Position numbers and translations under genes: made by a program. Source: Macrostomum lignano (Eukaryota). Taken from it: a DNA stretch of 64,000 bases. Under the pieces are notes generated by a model that ran no database searches, was not told the DNA's origin, and worked only from the letters and a program-made list of their open reading frames with translations. Within the stretch, counting starts at the first letter, position 1. The number at the start of each line of letters is the position of its first letter. The stretch spans positions 124,001-188,000 of the forward strand of contig NIVC01001433.1 in NCBI GenBank assembly GCA_002269645.1. Reading direction: 5' to 3'. This document shows, piece after piece, positions 1 to 11,849 of this stretch.

Positions 1-385
1 CATCTCCAGACACGGCGGCTCCAGACACGGCATCTCCAGACACGGCATCTCCAGACACGGCATCTCCAGTCACGGCATCTCCAGACACGGCATCTCCGGA
101 CACGGCATCTCCAGTCACGGCATCTCCAGACACGGCGGCTCCAGACACGGCATCTCCAGACACGGCATCTCCAGACACGGCATCTCCAGACACGGCATCT
201 CCAGACACGGCATCTCCAGTCACGGCATCTCCAGTCACGGCATCTCCAGACACGGCATCTCCAGACACGGCATCTCCAGTCACGGCATCTCCAGACACGG
301 CGGCTCCAGACACGGCATCTCCAGACACGGCATCTCCAGACACGGCGGCTCCAGACATGGCGGCACCAGACACGGCGGCGCCAGT
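1..385. repeat. 15-bp tandem repeat (CATCTCCAGACACGG), runs off the window start; possibly coding on minus strand as (AVSGD)n
   Basis: About 25 visible units; the minus-strand frame GCC GTG TCT GGA GAT is stop-free and continuous with the putative exon starting at 421. Confidence 0.9.
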
Positions 386-1715
386 GGCAGGCAGGACGAG
401 AGCAGCCGGCCGCTTTGAATTCTTTGCCAAAATAAATAAATAAATAAATTAATGGCAAAATTAATAAATTTCTTTGTACTTTTAGTGCTTTTTACTTTTA
501 AACTCTACAGGTTAATTGTAAATTTTTAATTCCTTCAAATGTTAGCAATCATGCTGTACTCACTGTCGCTATCGATGCCGCCGGTGAGTTTGTAAGCCGC
601 CCGCAAACTTACTCGCAATGGTGTAAAATACGTACGAGTACGTTGATGCAACAAAGACTGCAAGCAGCTATTCAGTGTATTGATTTTAGTTCAGAAATTC
701 ATTCAGGATTTCTTTTTGACTCGCAAAAGGTAAAAATGCTTTCTAAACTAGAAAATAAGTTTAAATTAATTGCTAAGGAATTCAAGTTTACGTTTAAAAG
801 TGGGATTTTTGTAATTTCAGGAGTTTTCTGTGACAATTATTTAGCAAATTTAGCAATTTTACCTGATGAAATTGGCGCTGCACACATTCGGTGAGGTTCT
901 GGTGGTCGGCCATGAGCCGCTGCTCCTGTGCAGAGCAGTTCGACGGGCCCATGACTTCCAGCCACTGCCGAAACTTAGAGACGATGACGCTCTTGAGCAG
1001 CGGTGAATATCTTTCTCGATACTGATAGAACAGGGAAACACGAGCGCCAGGTCGTCGTCCTTCGAGCGCTCGGCGAACCTCTGGGCTAGCAGCTGCATAA
1101 GCCAATCGGCGCAAGGCGTGACGCTGGCCCAAGTCGACCCGTGCTTTGCGTTGGATTTATGACTTTGCACCTACCGCGGCTCGTTTAGTGCTTAAATCCA
1201 GCGCCGGGCGTCAGAGATTAGGCAGGTCGAGGCCACGCCTTGCCGGTTGGCATTGCCATCACTGTTGTGTATGCCAAAACTTGAGGTTTCCAGTTGTAGT
1301 TGCAAATTAAAAGTGCCAGGTGTGCACAGGTGCTGTATTTAAATTTTAGTCTCCTTAGAAAAACTACACGATCGATAAATTAGAGCCAGAAATGTCACGT
1401 GATTAATAATACATTATACAGATAATTTATCAACTACTCTACTGAAAGAGGCAGCATAAGTAAAAGACAAGAATAATATTAATATAGTTAGCATTTGCGT
1501 AATACCATACTTAAAATAGAAATATCAGCGTTACAGTATTATCATTAAGTTGACCCGTTAAGTTACGACACAACAATCACCAAAACTGATAACCATGCTA
1601 ACGGCAAGGTATGCCACCGTCCTGTGCGGATGGGAATTAGAGGTATTTATTTATTTAGAGGAAATTTTCCCAGATTTCAAATCTCAGATTTCTGGAACTT
1701 CTGAGCTAATAAAAT

Positions 1716-2225
1716 TTGCAATGCCACTTTGAATGCCAGTGTCATTTTGAATGCCAGTGTCACTTTGAATGCCAGTGTCATTTTGAATGCCAGTGTCATT
1801 TTGAATGCCAGTGTCACTTTGAATGCCAGTGTCATTTTGAATGCCAGTGTCATTTTGAATGCCAGTGTCATTTTGAATGCCAGTGCCATTTTGAATGCCA
1901 GTGTCATTTTGAATGCCAGTGCCATTTTGAATGCCAGTGCCATTTTGAATGCCAGTGTCACTTTGAATGCCAGTGTCATTTTGAATGCCAGTGTCACTTT
2001 GAATGCCAGTGTCATTTTGAATGCCAGTGTCATTTTGAATGCCAGTGTCATTTTGAATCCCAGTGTCATTTTGAATGCCAGTGCCATATTAATCCCAGTG
2101 CCATATTAATCCCAGTGCCTCATTAATCCCAGTGTCATTTTGAATGCCAGTGCCATATTAATCCCAGTGCCATATTAATCCCAGTGCCTCATTAATCCCA
2201 GTGTAATTTTGAATGCCAGTACCAT
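1716..2225. repeat. 18-bp minisatellite (TTTTGAATGCCAGTGTCA) in putative intron
   Basis: Directly visible; explains ORFs 1677-2126. Confidence 0.95.
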
Positions 2226-3375
2226 TTTTTAAATCTATTAGCCCTATTAAACTTAACATGGCAGAGAATTCTCTAATATTATACCTCGTCATAAAAAGTA
2301 TTGGGAAAAAATGAAACTTACTTTGTCCTTGGATGACCGCCCCTCTCCCAGCACAGCATCCTTCATCTCAAATACGGCTTTAATTTGCTCTCTGTTGAGC
2401 AGCTCTTCCTCTCGGCGGTCAACCAGCCTCGCGTAGTACTCCGCCTTCGGCCCCATAGAGCTTGCCGTCCAACTCTTAGTGGCCTGCCTGTACGACGTGA
2501 GCTGTTGCTGCAGGCCACCGTCTGCTATTTGTTGATAACGGCGGGTAATTAAAAAATGCCGACTTTCTCAAGTGCGGGCACTGTTTCAGCATTGAATAGG
2601 ACAAACTGTCCAAGTGTGCGCTGATTCTGTTGCGCAGATCCTCTGAAACTCAGGATGTCGAGACGCTGCATCAGCCGCTTCAAATAGCAGCGGATCTCGC
2701 GGACCGTAGCTGGCTTTTTCCGTCCGCCGAGAGAGCTGGCCAGGAAGCCGCAAAGTGCCTCTACATCAACTGTTGAGGAATGCTCGGCCACCGCTGCTCT
2801 GGCCGGCACTTTGGCACTGGCGTCGACAAGTTTTTGTTCCCTTTCGGCTCAGACTGCGTCAGGGTGGCTGTTTCGCATATGGCTGCCGAGCAGATTGGAA
2901 TTGTTTCGCCACTCTCCACAGACGTCAGATTGTCGCAGGCGCCTGCTGGCTAGGGCTGGCATGATATTTGTTTTTACTCCTGGTGTGCATATGCGATGTA
3001 CATCCAATATGATTGGTTTTCTGTTTTTAGTGTACGCATTTTCAGTTGCAGGGTCGCTGCTAAATATATAAATCGATCGCACAGAGCCTACAATGATTTG
3101 AGGTTTTTCGGCTACACACAACGCATAACTCTCACTCTCGACTTCGCTCTCTACAGGGCCAGCAGTCATTTGGTGCGTGTGCAGCTTTATTGCCCCACGC
3201 AGAGCTTTTGTTTGCCAGGCATCTGCCGTTAGCTGTACAGCTGCTGCCGGCTTTTCCTTTGTACTTTGCACAGGCGAATGAGCCCTTTTAATATGCCCTA
3301 TTAATACCGTGACTCTTTGATTGGCAAGCAGTTGCCAAACGGGCAGATACACTCTTGCCCGGCCCGCGTTCTCTT

Positions 3376-3640
3376 TAACTGCTGGACGTTGACGTGCTGC
3401 TGGACGTTGGCGGGCTGCTGGACGTTGACGTGCTGCTGGACGTTGCTGGGCTGCTGGACGTTGACGTGCTGCTGGACGTTGACGTGCTGCTGGACGTTGA
3501 CGTGCTGCTGGACGTTGACGTGCTGCTGGATGTTGACGTGCTGCTGGACGTTGCTGGGCTGCTGGACGTTGACGTGCTGCTGGACGTTGACGTGCTGCTG
3601 GACGTTGACGTGCTGCTGGACGTTGGCGGGCTGCTGGACG
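3376..3640. repeat. 18-bp tandem repeat (GCTGGACGTTGACGTGCT), read as NVQQHV on minus strand
   Basis: Directly visible; frame-preserving unit inside the N-terminal part of the recombinase-like gene. Confidence 0.9.
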
Positions 3641-3949
3641 ACTCCAATGGACGGCTTGGTGCACTGCTCCCATTGTAACAATTTTTCGATAAAAGTTTTA
3701 TCCATTTGATTTTAATTAGGTTTGAATTGAAACTGACTAAATTATTCAAAATACAGGCAAGGAAAAGATGCGTGTGCTCAAAAGTGGGGATAAAGTTCAG
3801 TCATCAACAAAAAATGTAGATAAAATTTCATTGGTTGCAATCTTAACTCAACTTTGGTGACTAATTAAAGCTTACAATAGTTGGAACTGCATGACACTAT
3901 TCTTTACGATAATGGCGCAATCATAAGTTTGGTGCAACAAATTTGCTGC

Positions 3950-4149
3950 TGTGGAGGTCACGCCACACGCGCGTGCGCGCTCCGGCAGCCACCCCAACCC
4001 CGGCCGGGAAGCCCGGCGCTATGTGCACGGTCGCTGTGCGTTGATTGGCTGCCCAGTGTACACCGCTGGCCTATATAACTTTAGACCTTTGTCTCGCGCG
4101 CCTCCACCCTGCTACTTCAAATAAACTTTACGTGGCTCAACTCGCCACA
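3950..4149 (+). mobile_element. 5' LTR of Ty3/Gypsy element (200 bp)
   Basis: TGTGG...CCACA termini, TATATAA near 4072, AATAAA near 4120, followed after 1 nt by TGGTGAGCCCGAC (PBS-like, 4151) and gag. Confidence 0.85.
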
Positions 4150-6265
4150 TTGGTGAGCCCGACTCTCAACCGCCTGTTTGAGAATAACTCCTCAGTATGT
4201 CAACTGAGTTTGCGGTGGCCCTCAAGCTGCCCACGTTCTGGGCCAGCCAGCCTCGCGCCTGGTTCATCCAGGCAGAGGCGCAATTCGTCCTCCGCAACAT
4301 CACGCAAGATGCTATCAAATACTTTCACCTCGTGGCTGCGCTGGACCAGCAGTCAGACGAGTGCCTGCTGGACGTGCTTGAGACACCGCCGGCTAAGAAC
4401 AAGTACGACGATCTCAAGGCCCACCTCCTTCGGCCTGACGCAGCAACAGCGTGCCAGCCGGCTGCTCAACCTGGCCGGCCTCGGTGACCGCCGCCCGTCC
4501 GAGCTCATGGACGAGATGCTGGCCCTGCTCGGCAACCACCGGCCCTGCATGCTCTTTGAGGAGCTTTTCCGCCAGCAGATGCCGGCCGACATTCGCATAG
4601 CATTCGTTTCCGCGGATTTCGCAGACCCGCGCGACGTTGCGCGACTCTGGGCGAGCCGGGAACAGCCCGTGGCCACCGCCACCCTGCCGCCAGAGCACCC
4701 GCCGGTAGTTGCTGCCACCGCCCGCCCCGCTCGCGCCAAGCCGCAGCAGCACCAGCCGAGGGAGGCCGACGGCCCCATCTGTTTCTTCCACAGGAAGTTC
4801 GGCGCCAAAGCCCGGCGTTGCGAGCCGCCCTGCCAGTTCTCGGAAAACGGGCCGGCCGGCCGTCAGTGAACGCTGAAAAGCTGGTCGACACCGGCGCTGA
4901 AGTGAGCATTTTTCCTGTCTCGGGGGCAGACGCCTGCTCGCACACACCCGGCCCGCCGCTTTTCGCGGCCAACGGCAGCCCAAACTGGACGTTCGGCAGC
5001 CGGACGCTAACGCCCGACCTCGGCGTCAAGACCTGCACCTGGCCGTTCATCCTTCGTTGATCGGCGCAGACTTCCTGCGGTACCACGGCCTCCTGGTGGA
5101 CATGCCAAACCGCCGTCTGCTCGACACTAGCTCGCTGTCCTGCTGCTCGGGTCCGGCCCGGCCCCGCAGCTTGCCGCCGCTGTCGCTGGGGACCCGTACA
5201 GCCAGCTGCTCGCGGAGTTCCCGACGCTGACAGAGCCGAGTTTCCAGAAAGCCCGGCCGCTCCACGGGGTCCAACATCATATTCCTACGACGGGCCCCCC
5301 GTCCACGCCCGGGCGCGCCGCCTGCCGCCTGACAAGCTGGTGGTGGCCAAGGAAGAATTCCGCAACCTGGAGCAGCTGGGCATCGTGCGGCGGTCCTGCA
5401 GCCCCTGGTCGTCGCCACTGCACATGGTGCCAAAGGCCTCCGGGGGTTGGCGGCCCTGTGGCGATTTCCGGCGACTCAACGACGCCACGGTGCCCGACCG
5501 CTACCCGGTGCCGCACATCTAGGACTTTTCTGCGCGGCTGTCCGGGTGCAACATTTTCTCCAAGATCGACCTGGTGCGGGGCTACCACCAGATCCCGGTT
5601 GCCGAGGCCGACATGGCCAAGACGGCCGTCATAACGCCATTCGGCCTGTTCGAGTTTCTCCGGATGCCATTCGGACTCAAAAACGCCGCCCAGGCCTTCC
5701 AACGGCTGATTGACACGGTCTGCCAGGGCCTGGACTTCGTGTTTGCCTATATCGACGACTTCCTAGTGGCGAGCAGCGGCCCTCAGCAGCATCTGGAGCA
5801 CCTGCGCACGTTGTTCCAGCGCCTGGCAGACAACGGCCTCCTCGTCAATCCAGCCAAGTGCCAGTTTGGCCGCAGTGAAATCGACTTTCTGGGCCACCGC
5901 ATCAACAGCCGGGGCGCCGTGCCGCTGCCAGACAAAGTCGAAGCCACCGCCCGATTCGCACCGCCCGCGACCGTCAAGGGCCTGCAAGAGTTCGCCGGCA
6001 TGGTGAACTTCTATCACCGGTTCGTGCCGCGGGCCGCCCAGTTGCTGCGCCACATCTACGGCGCCCTGGCCAGCAAGGACAAGATCGTTCAGTGGACACC
6101 GGAGCTGACGGACGCCTTCAACAGCACGAAGCAGGCCCTGGCTGACACCCGGAGCCCCAAAGGCGCTGACGGTCGACGCCTCGGACACCGCCATCGGGGC
6201 GGTTCTGGAGCAGCGTGTCGGCGAGGCCTGGCGGCCACTAGCTTTCTTCAGCCGCCAGGCTCGTG
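3950..6265 (+). mobile_element. Ty3/Gypsy LTR retrotransposon, degenerate and 3'-truncated (gag, protease, RT, partial RNase H; no integrase or 3' LTR)
   Basis: Gag KLPTFWASQPRAWFIQAEAQF and CFFHRKFGAKARRCEPPC; protease LVDTGA; [38 protein letters not shown]; RNase H TVDASDTAIGAVLEQ. Frameshifts, small deletions and a TAG at 5520. Confidence 0.95.
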
Positions 6266-6332
6266 TCACTCGTGAAATATCAGTTAAAAGCATCCGAGCG
6301 TCGTATATTAAAACACCGATTTGCACTGTAGC

Positions 6333-6566
6333 GGCGCTGTCGATATGTAAAATCAAATGGAGAGCTTAGAAATGACACTAGATGGAGCTAATGCACACAG
6401 CTGCAAAGATGACGCACACAGACTGGCCCGCTACTCTCAGCATCTCTAACTAGCACTGTCAATATATAGAATCAAATGGAAAGCTTAGAAATGACACTAG
6501 ATGGAGCTAATGCACACAGCTGCAAAGATGACGCACACAGACTGGCCCGCTACTCTCAGCACCTCT
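6333..6566. repeat. Two direct copies of a 119-bp unit
   Basis: ATCAAATGG at 6352 and 6471 with near-identical downstream sequence. Confidence 0.9.
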
Positions 6567-6940
6567 CCAAAACGGTAGCATCAAACCGCCTCATCAAAGC
6601 GGTAGCATCAAACCGCCTCATCAAAGCGGTAGCATCAAACAGCCTCTCCAAAGCGGTAGCATCAAACCGCCTCATCAAAGCGGTAGCATCAAACCGCCTC
6701 ATCAAAGCGGTAGCATCAAACCGCCTCATCAAAGCGGTAGCATCAAACCGCCTCATCAAAGCGGTAGCATCAAACCGCCTCATCAAAGCGGTAGCATCAA
6801 ACCGCCTCATCAAAGCGGTAGCATCAAACCGCCTCATCAAAGCGGTAGCATCAAACCGCCTCATCAAAGCGGTAGCATCAAACCGCCTCATCAAAGCGGT
6901 AGCATCAAACCGCTTCATCAAAGCGGTAGCATCAAACCTT
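6567..6940. repeat. 27-bp minisatellite (AAAGCGGTAGCATCAAACCGCCTCATC), about 14 copies
   Basis: Directly visible; each unit contains the inverted repeat GCGGT-N8-ACCGC. Confidence 0.95.
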
Positions 6941-7368
6941 TCGCAAAGCGTCTCGAAGTCTACAGTGTTCAGATTATAGCTTGATCAGTTTCAACTTCAA
7001 ACTGTAGCAAATGAAGCGAAATAAGCACTATAAAAGTTGACCTCATCAAATTTAAATCTGCTTTTGGGCCTAGCGCAAAGCATAAATTTGATAGCCCTTC
7101 AAGCAAACCACATAAAAGAAAGCTTTATAAGAAAGTACAAACGGCATTTTCTAAAAATTATAATCTCTGAGACGTATAAAGAACATTTCATCATAGAAGG
7201 TTATGAAGATTTGTTTCATTCTGAAAACGTTCAATCAACGACCGTAAACAACCCAAACTAGAAATTTGAAAATTGGAATTCAGCTTATATGGCATAAAAT
7301 TGCCAAATAGTTTTTTATCACCTATTGAAACAGGATTAACGTCTCTACATGATAGATACTACAAAAAA

Positions 7369-10300
7369 TTACTTAACAAGCATTTCAAACTCCTTCATTG
7401 AGTAGAAGTTGCCGAAGGGATAATACCAGGAAATACCGACGGCTTCCACTGACAGGTGAAAAGCTTCTGGGGGATTAAAGTACAGGCCGTTCGGGTTGGT
7501 CTGATGACACAGACCATACCACCAGCCTCCTTTGTATGTCAGACTACAGCTGCCATCTCCTGCATCGTTGTCAGAGTCGATGGTGCTGAACTGCATGCCA
7601 TTGTGGAAGGCCATGACGTCTCCCAGACTCGGGTGGCTGCCATGGAAACCGGAGACACTCAAACGGAACTTGTCGGCCTCGCTGGCCACGGAGAAGCTGG
7701 AGTAGTCGGCCCAGAACTCCGTGCCATTCCACAGCCTCATTCGCATGCGAAGTGCTCGACCAGACGGCCAGGTCAGAGAGTGCACAGCTCGCAGACCTGC
7801 AGTTGTCAAGCACAGCTCAATGCTGAGCAGCTCACAGCCACAGGAGGCCAGCGCTATCAAAAAGTGCATCAATACCGTCATGACCGCACTGCACTGCACT
7901 CACCGAGCCAGTGGTTCGTGTGGGCTCCCTCTCCGAAGCCGGCTGCGTACTCGGTCCAGTTGCGATAGAAGTCTGTCGAGTTGTCCACCCGACGCTGGAT
8001 GCTGATCCAGCAGTCGCTGAGTGACGTCACAAACACCTGCAGTGAGGCATTGAGAGCTGCGGTCAGGCAAGTGCTGTCAGTTACCTGGCTGTCAGGTGAG
8101 TCAGTGCACGCTTGCTACTCACCCTGATGCAGCACGGAGACTGGTGAGTGTGAGGCGTCAGTCTGCGACACACAGCGCCACTTCGGTTTGCTAGAATGCG
8201 AATGAGCTCAGCTGGGTGAGCAGCTTCCTCAGGTTTAAGGCATTGAGCATGAGTACTGATGTGCGATGCTGTGGCTGTACTGCTGCTCACACACTGCAGA
8301 CACTGCTCACACACTGCAGACACTGTTCACACACTGCAGACACTGCTCACACACTGCAGACACTGTTCACACACTGCAGTCACTGTTCACACACTGCAAA
8401 CACTGCTCACACACTGCAGACACTGCTCACACACTGCAGACACTGCTCACACACAGCAGACACTGCTCACACACTGCAGACACTGTTCACACACTGCAGA
8501 CACTGCTCACACACTGCAGACACTGTTCACACACTGCAGTCACTGTTCACACACTGCAGACACTGTTCACACACTGCAGACACTGTTCACACACTGCAGA
8601 CACTGTTCACACACTGCAGACACTGTTCACACACTGCAGACACTGTTCACACACTGCAGTCACTGTTCACACACTGCAAACACTGCTCACACACTGCAGA
8701 CACTGCTCACACAATGCAGACACTGTTCACACACTGCAGACACTGTTCACACATTGCAGACACTGCTCACACATTGCAGACACTGCTCACACACTGCAGA
8801 CACTGCTCACACACTGCAGACACTGTTCACACACTACAGACACTGCTCACACACTGCAGACACTGTAAGAGCCACTGCTGCTCACACTGCAAACTAACAC
8901 TGTGAGTGTTCACACTACAGTCACTGGTCACACACTGCAGACACTGCTCACACTGTAGAAAGTACTCATAGTCACACACTACATAAACTGAAAGAGCGAC
9001 TGCTCACACACTACAGTCACTGGTCACACACAGCAGACACTGCTCACACACAGCAGACACTGCTCACACACTGCAGATACTGGTCACAAATACAGTCACT
9101 GCTCACACACTACAGTCACTGGTCACACACTACAGTCACTGGTCACACACTGCAGACACTGCTCACACACTACAGTTACTGGTCACACACTACAGTCACT
9201 GCTCACACACTACAGTCACTGGTCACACACTACAGTCACTGGTCACACACTGCAGACACTGTTCACACACTGCAGACACTGGTCACACACTGCAGACACT
9301 GCTCACACACTACAGTCACTGGTCACACACTGCAGACACTGTTCACACACTGCAGACACTGCTCACACACTGCAGACACTGTTCACACACTACAGACACT
9401 GCTCACACACTGCAGACACTGTTCACACACTGCAGACACTTCACACACTGCAGACACTGTTCACACACTGCAGACACTGTTCACACACTGCAGACACTGC
9501 CCACACACTGCAGACACTGCTCACACACTGCAGACACTGTTCACACACTGCAGACACTGCTCACACACTGCAGACACTGCTCACACACTGCAGACACTGT
9601 TCACACACTACAGACACTGGTCACACAGAGCAGACACTGTTCACACACTGCAAACACTGCTAACACACTGCAGACACTGTGAGAGCTCACACACTACAGT
9701 CACTGGTCACACACTGCAGACACTGTTCACACACTGCAGACACTGCTCACACACTGCAGACACTGGTCACACACTGCAGACACTGCTCACACACTACAGT
9801 CACTGGTCACACACTACAGTCACTGGTCACACACTGCAGACACTGTTCACACACTACAGTCACTGTTCACATACTACAGTCACTGGTCACACACTACAGT
9901 CACTGGTCACACACTACAGTCACTGGTCGCACACTACAGTCACTGGTCACACACTACAGTCACTGGTCGCACACTACAGTCACTGGTCACACACCACAGT
10001 CACTGGTCGCACACTACAGTCACTGCTCACACACTACAGTCACTGGTCACAAATACAGTCACTGGTCACACACTGCAGACACTGGTCACACACTACAGAC
10101 ACTGTTCACACACTACAGTCACTGGTCACACACAGGTCTCGGCAACGCAATGCAGCCAGGACTCACTCACCCACGATGCACTGCGGCTGCTGTGCCCCAT
10201 CCCGAGGGATGAAGACAAGCAGCTGATGAGCGAGCAGGTGCTTGGCAGCCTGTGCAGCGCACTGCAGCACATCGCTGGCTTGCTTGATGGAGGAGAGAGC

Positions 10301-10411
10301 GAAGTGGCGGACTCGACCGCCCGACCAGCTGCTGCTGTGGACTTCGTGCAAGTCCAAAGCGCTGCCGGCGGCCACGGCTGAGATGAGCAGCAGGAGTTGA
10401 GCGAGTTGCAT
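7369..10411 (-). CDS. Secreted fibrinogen-related domain (FReD; ficolin/tenascin-like) protein, copy 1, 4 exons
   Basis: Exons 10411-10171, 8190-8123, 8036-7904, 7796-7369 with phase-consistent GT-AG sites; signal peptide MQLAQLLLLISAVAAG; FReD motifs IQRRVDNSTDFYRNWTEYAAGFG, HNGMQFSTIDSDND, GGWWY..CH.TNPNG. Confidence 0.92.
8282..10135. repeat. 20-bp minisatellite (CACTGCTCACACACTGCAGA) filling intron 1 of FReD copy 1
   Basis: Directly visible 20-bp periodicity; explains the THCRHCSH-type ORFs. Confidence 0.95.
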
Positions 10412-10569
10412 TTTTATGAAAATTCCAAGCGTTTCTGAGTCCACGTGAGTCGTGTCTGTCGCCACTGGAGCTGCCGTGACCACTGGCAATGGTACTTGAT
10501 AGCTATAAAATTCTTGCCGTAGTCACTGTGAGAGGCTGGGTGTTTTTGTTCATAAATTTTCCACCAAGT

Positions 10570-10900
10570 CATGGACTCTGGAAGTCAACTGGACTGGAAG
10601 CGAGCTGGCGAAAGTTAGTCAGCACTGCATCCAATGGCAGATGAGCAACCGACAGCTCAGCCGCAGCTATTTGCGCGGCGCATCTGAAGGCTGCGTACGG
10701 CTGTTCAGTCCAAGGACTGGGGGGTCGCCGCACACCCTCAATTACCCCAGCTAATGCTGGTAACCCATTTTACAGCTGGGTGAACTGAAGCAATGTAGAG
10801 TTAATTGTCTTGCTCAAGGACACAAATTGTTCCAGTGGGATCGGGAATCGAACCCCCGAGCTTTCAGCCGTGAGTCCGAGGCTCAATAGGCTACAGCTAG
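10570..10900 (-). mobile_element. tRNA-derived SINE with CORE-like central domain
   Basis: Minus-strand B box GGTTCGATTCCC near 10850 followed by GTCCTTGAGCAAGACA...CAGCTGTAAAATGGG, resembling conserved SINE core domains. Confidence 0.7.
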
Positions 10901-11439
10901 CCTGCAATTTATCAGAAATCCTTAATTATCAAAGCGAAATCTCCTTAGTAGTGAAAAAATTCAACGTGTACAATTTCGGTTCTCCAGTCCAGTTGATTTT
11001 AAGGATCCTGGGCTCTGTATGTTGATTTGCATTTGCTAAGCGAAAGTCAACAATTTCCTGGCTATATTGATTTCCTGTCTGAGAATTAGTGCCCAGTGGC
11101 CGCTAGTAGCCCCCCCCCATTGTTTTACAGAAGCTGTGATGTTGACACTCGGCTTCTATTGGCAGCAGCCTGCATGCAAACTGGAATTTTTTATGGTCCA
11201 GGCTGAGCACCTGGTAGCTTCTTTTCCCGTCAGCTGTTTATTTTATACTGAAGTTAAACATTGCACCGTCAGTGCTGGCTATGATTGGCGCTCAATGCGG
11301 ACTATTAGGCGTCTGATAAAGGACTACCTGTATGGGAAAATAGGCGCTTACTGAATAATCAGCGCTTACGGAAGCATCTGGGCTTACTAACGGTATTAAA
11401 GATTCGACGCTTGTAGAAAAATCGGAGCCTAATGAATAA

Positions 11440-11640
11440 TCGGGACTTGTTGGAGAGTCGGGCTTACTAAAGAATCGGTGCTTACTGAAGAATCAAGGCC
11501 TACTGAAGAACCAAGGCTAACTGAAGAATCAAGGCCTACTGAAGAATCGGTGCTTACTGAAGAATCAAGGCCTACTGAAGAATCAAGACTTACTGAAGAA
11601 TCAAGGCCTACTGAAGAATCGGTGCTTACTGAAGAATCAA
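11440..11640. repeat. 18-bp degenerate tandem repeat (TACTGAAGAATCAAGGCC / TACTGAAGAATCGGTGCT)
   Basis: Directly visible. Confidence 0.9.
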
Positions 11641-11849
11641 TAATATCGAGTCGATCCTCTTAAGACCTGGCGCAAATGAGTATAGGCTTACCGCAAGAAC
11701 TCAGCCGAGTCTCGGTTGACTTGGTCTGAAGAAAGTTCCTCGCTGACTTCCTCTTCTGAGCTCTTCTTCCCTCTGGAAGGTTCTCTGTTGTCTCTGTTGT
11801 TGCTCCGGTCCGCTTCGGACCACTTGTATTTAAGGGCGATTTCGCGAGA

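Larger units (their letters stand above)
1..3705 (-). pseudogene. Decayed C2H2-zinc-finger plus tyrosine-recombinase (phage-integrase-fold, Crypton-like) gene or element
   Basis: ATG at 3705; (NVQQHV)n; CPFGNC..HIKRAH finger split by a frameshift; DVCGEW..HMRNSH finger; core-binding-like KKPATVREIRCYLKRL; catalytic-like motifs NANRQG (1243), SHKSNAKHG (1156), SKFR (968), ADHQNLTECVQRQFH (866-910). In-frame stops at 2849, 1192, 1171 plus frameshifts. Putative GT-AG introns 2321-1333, 862-658, 612-422. Confidence 0.6.

Noticed and set aside
3945-3949. Target-site duplication of the Gypsy element
   Set aside because: Cannot be evaluated because the 3' LTR is missing
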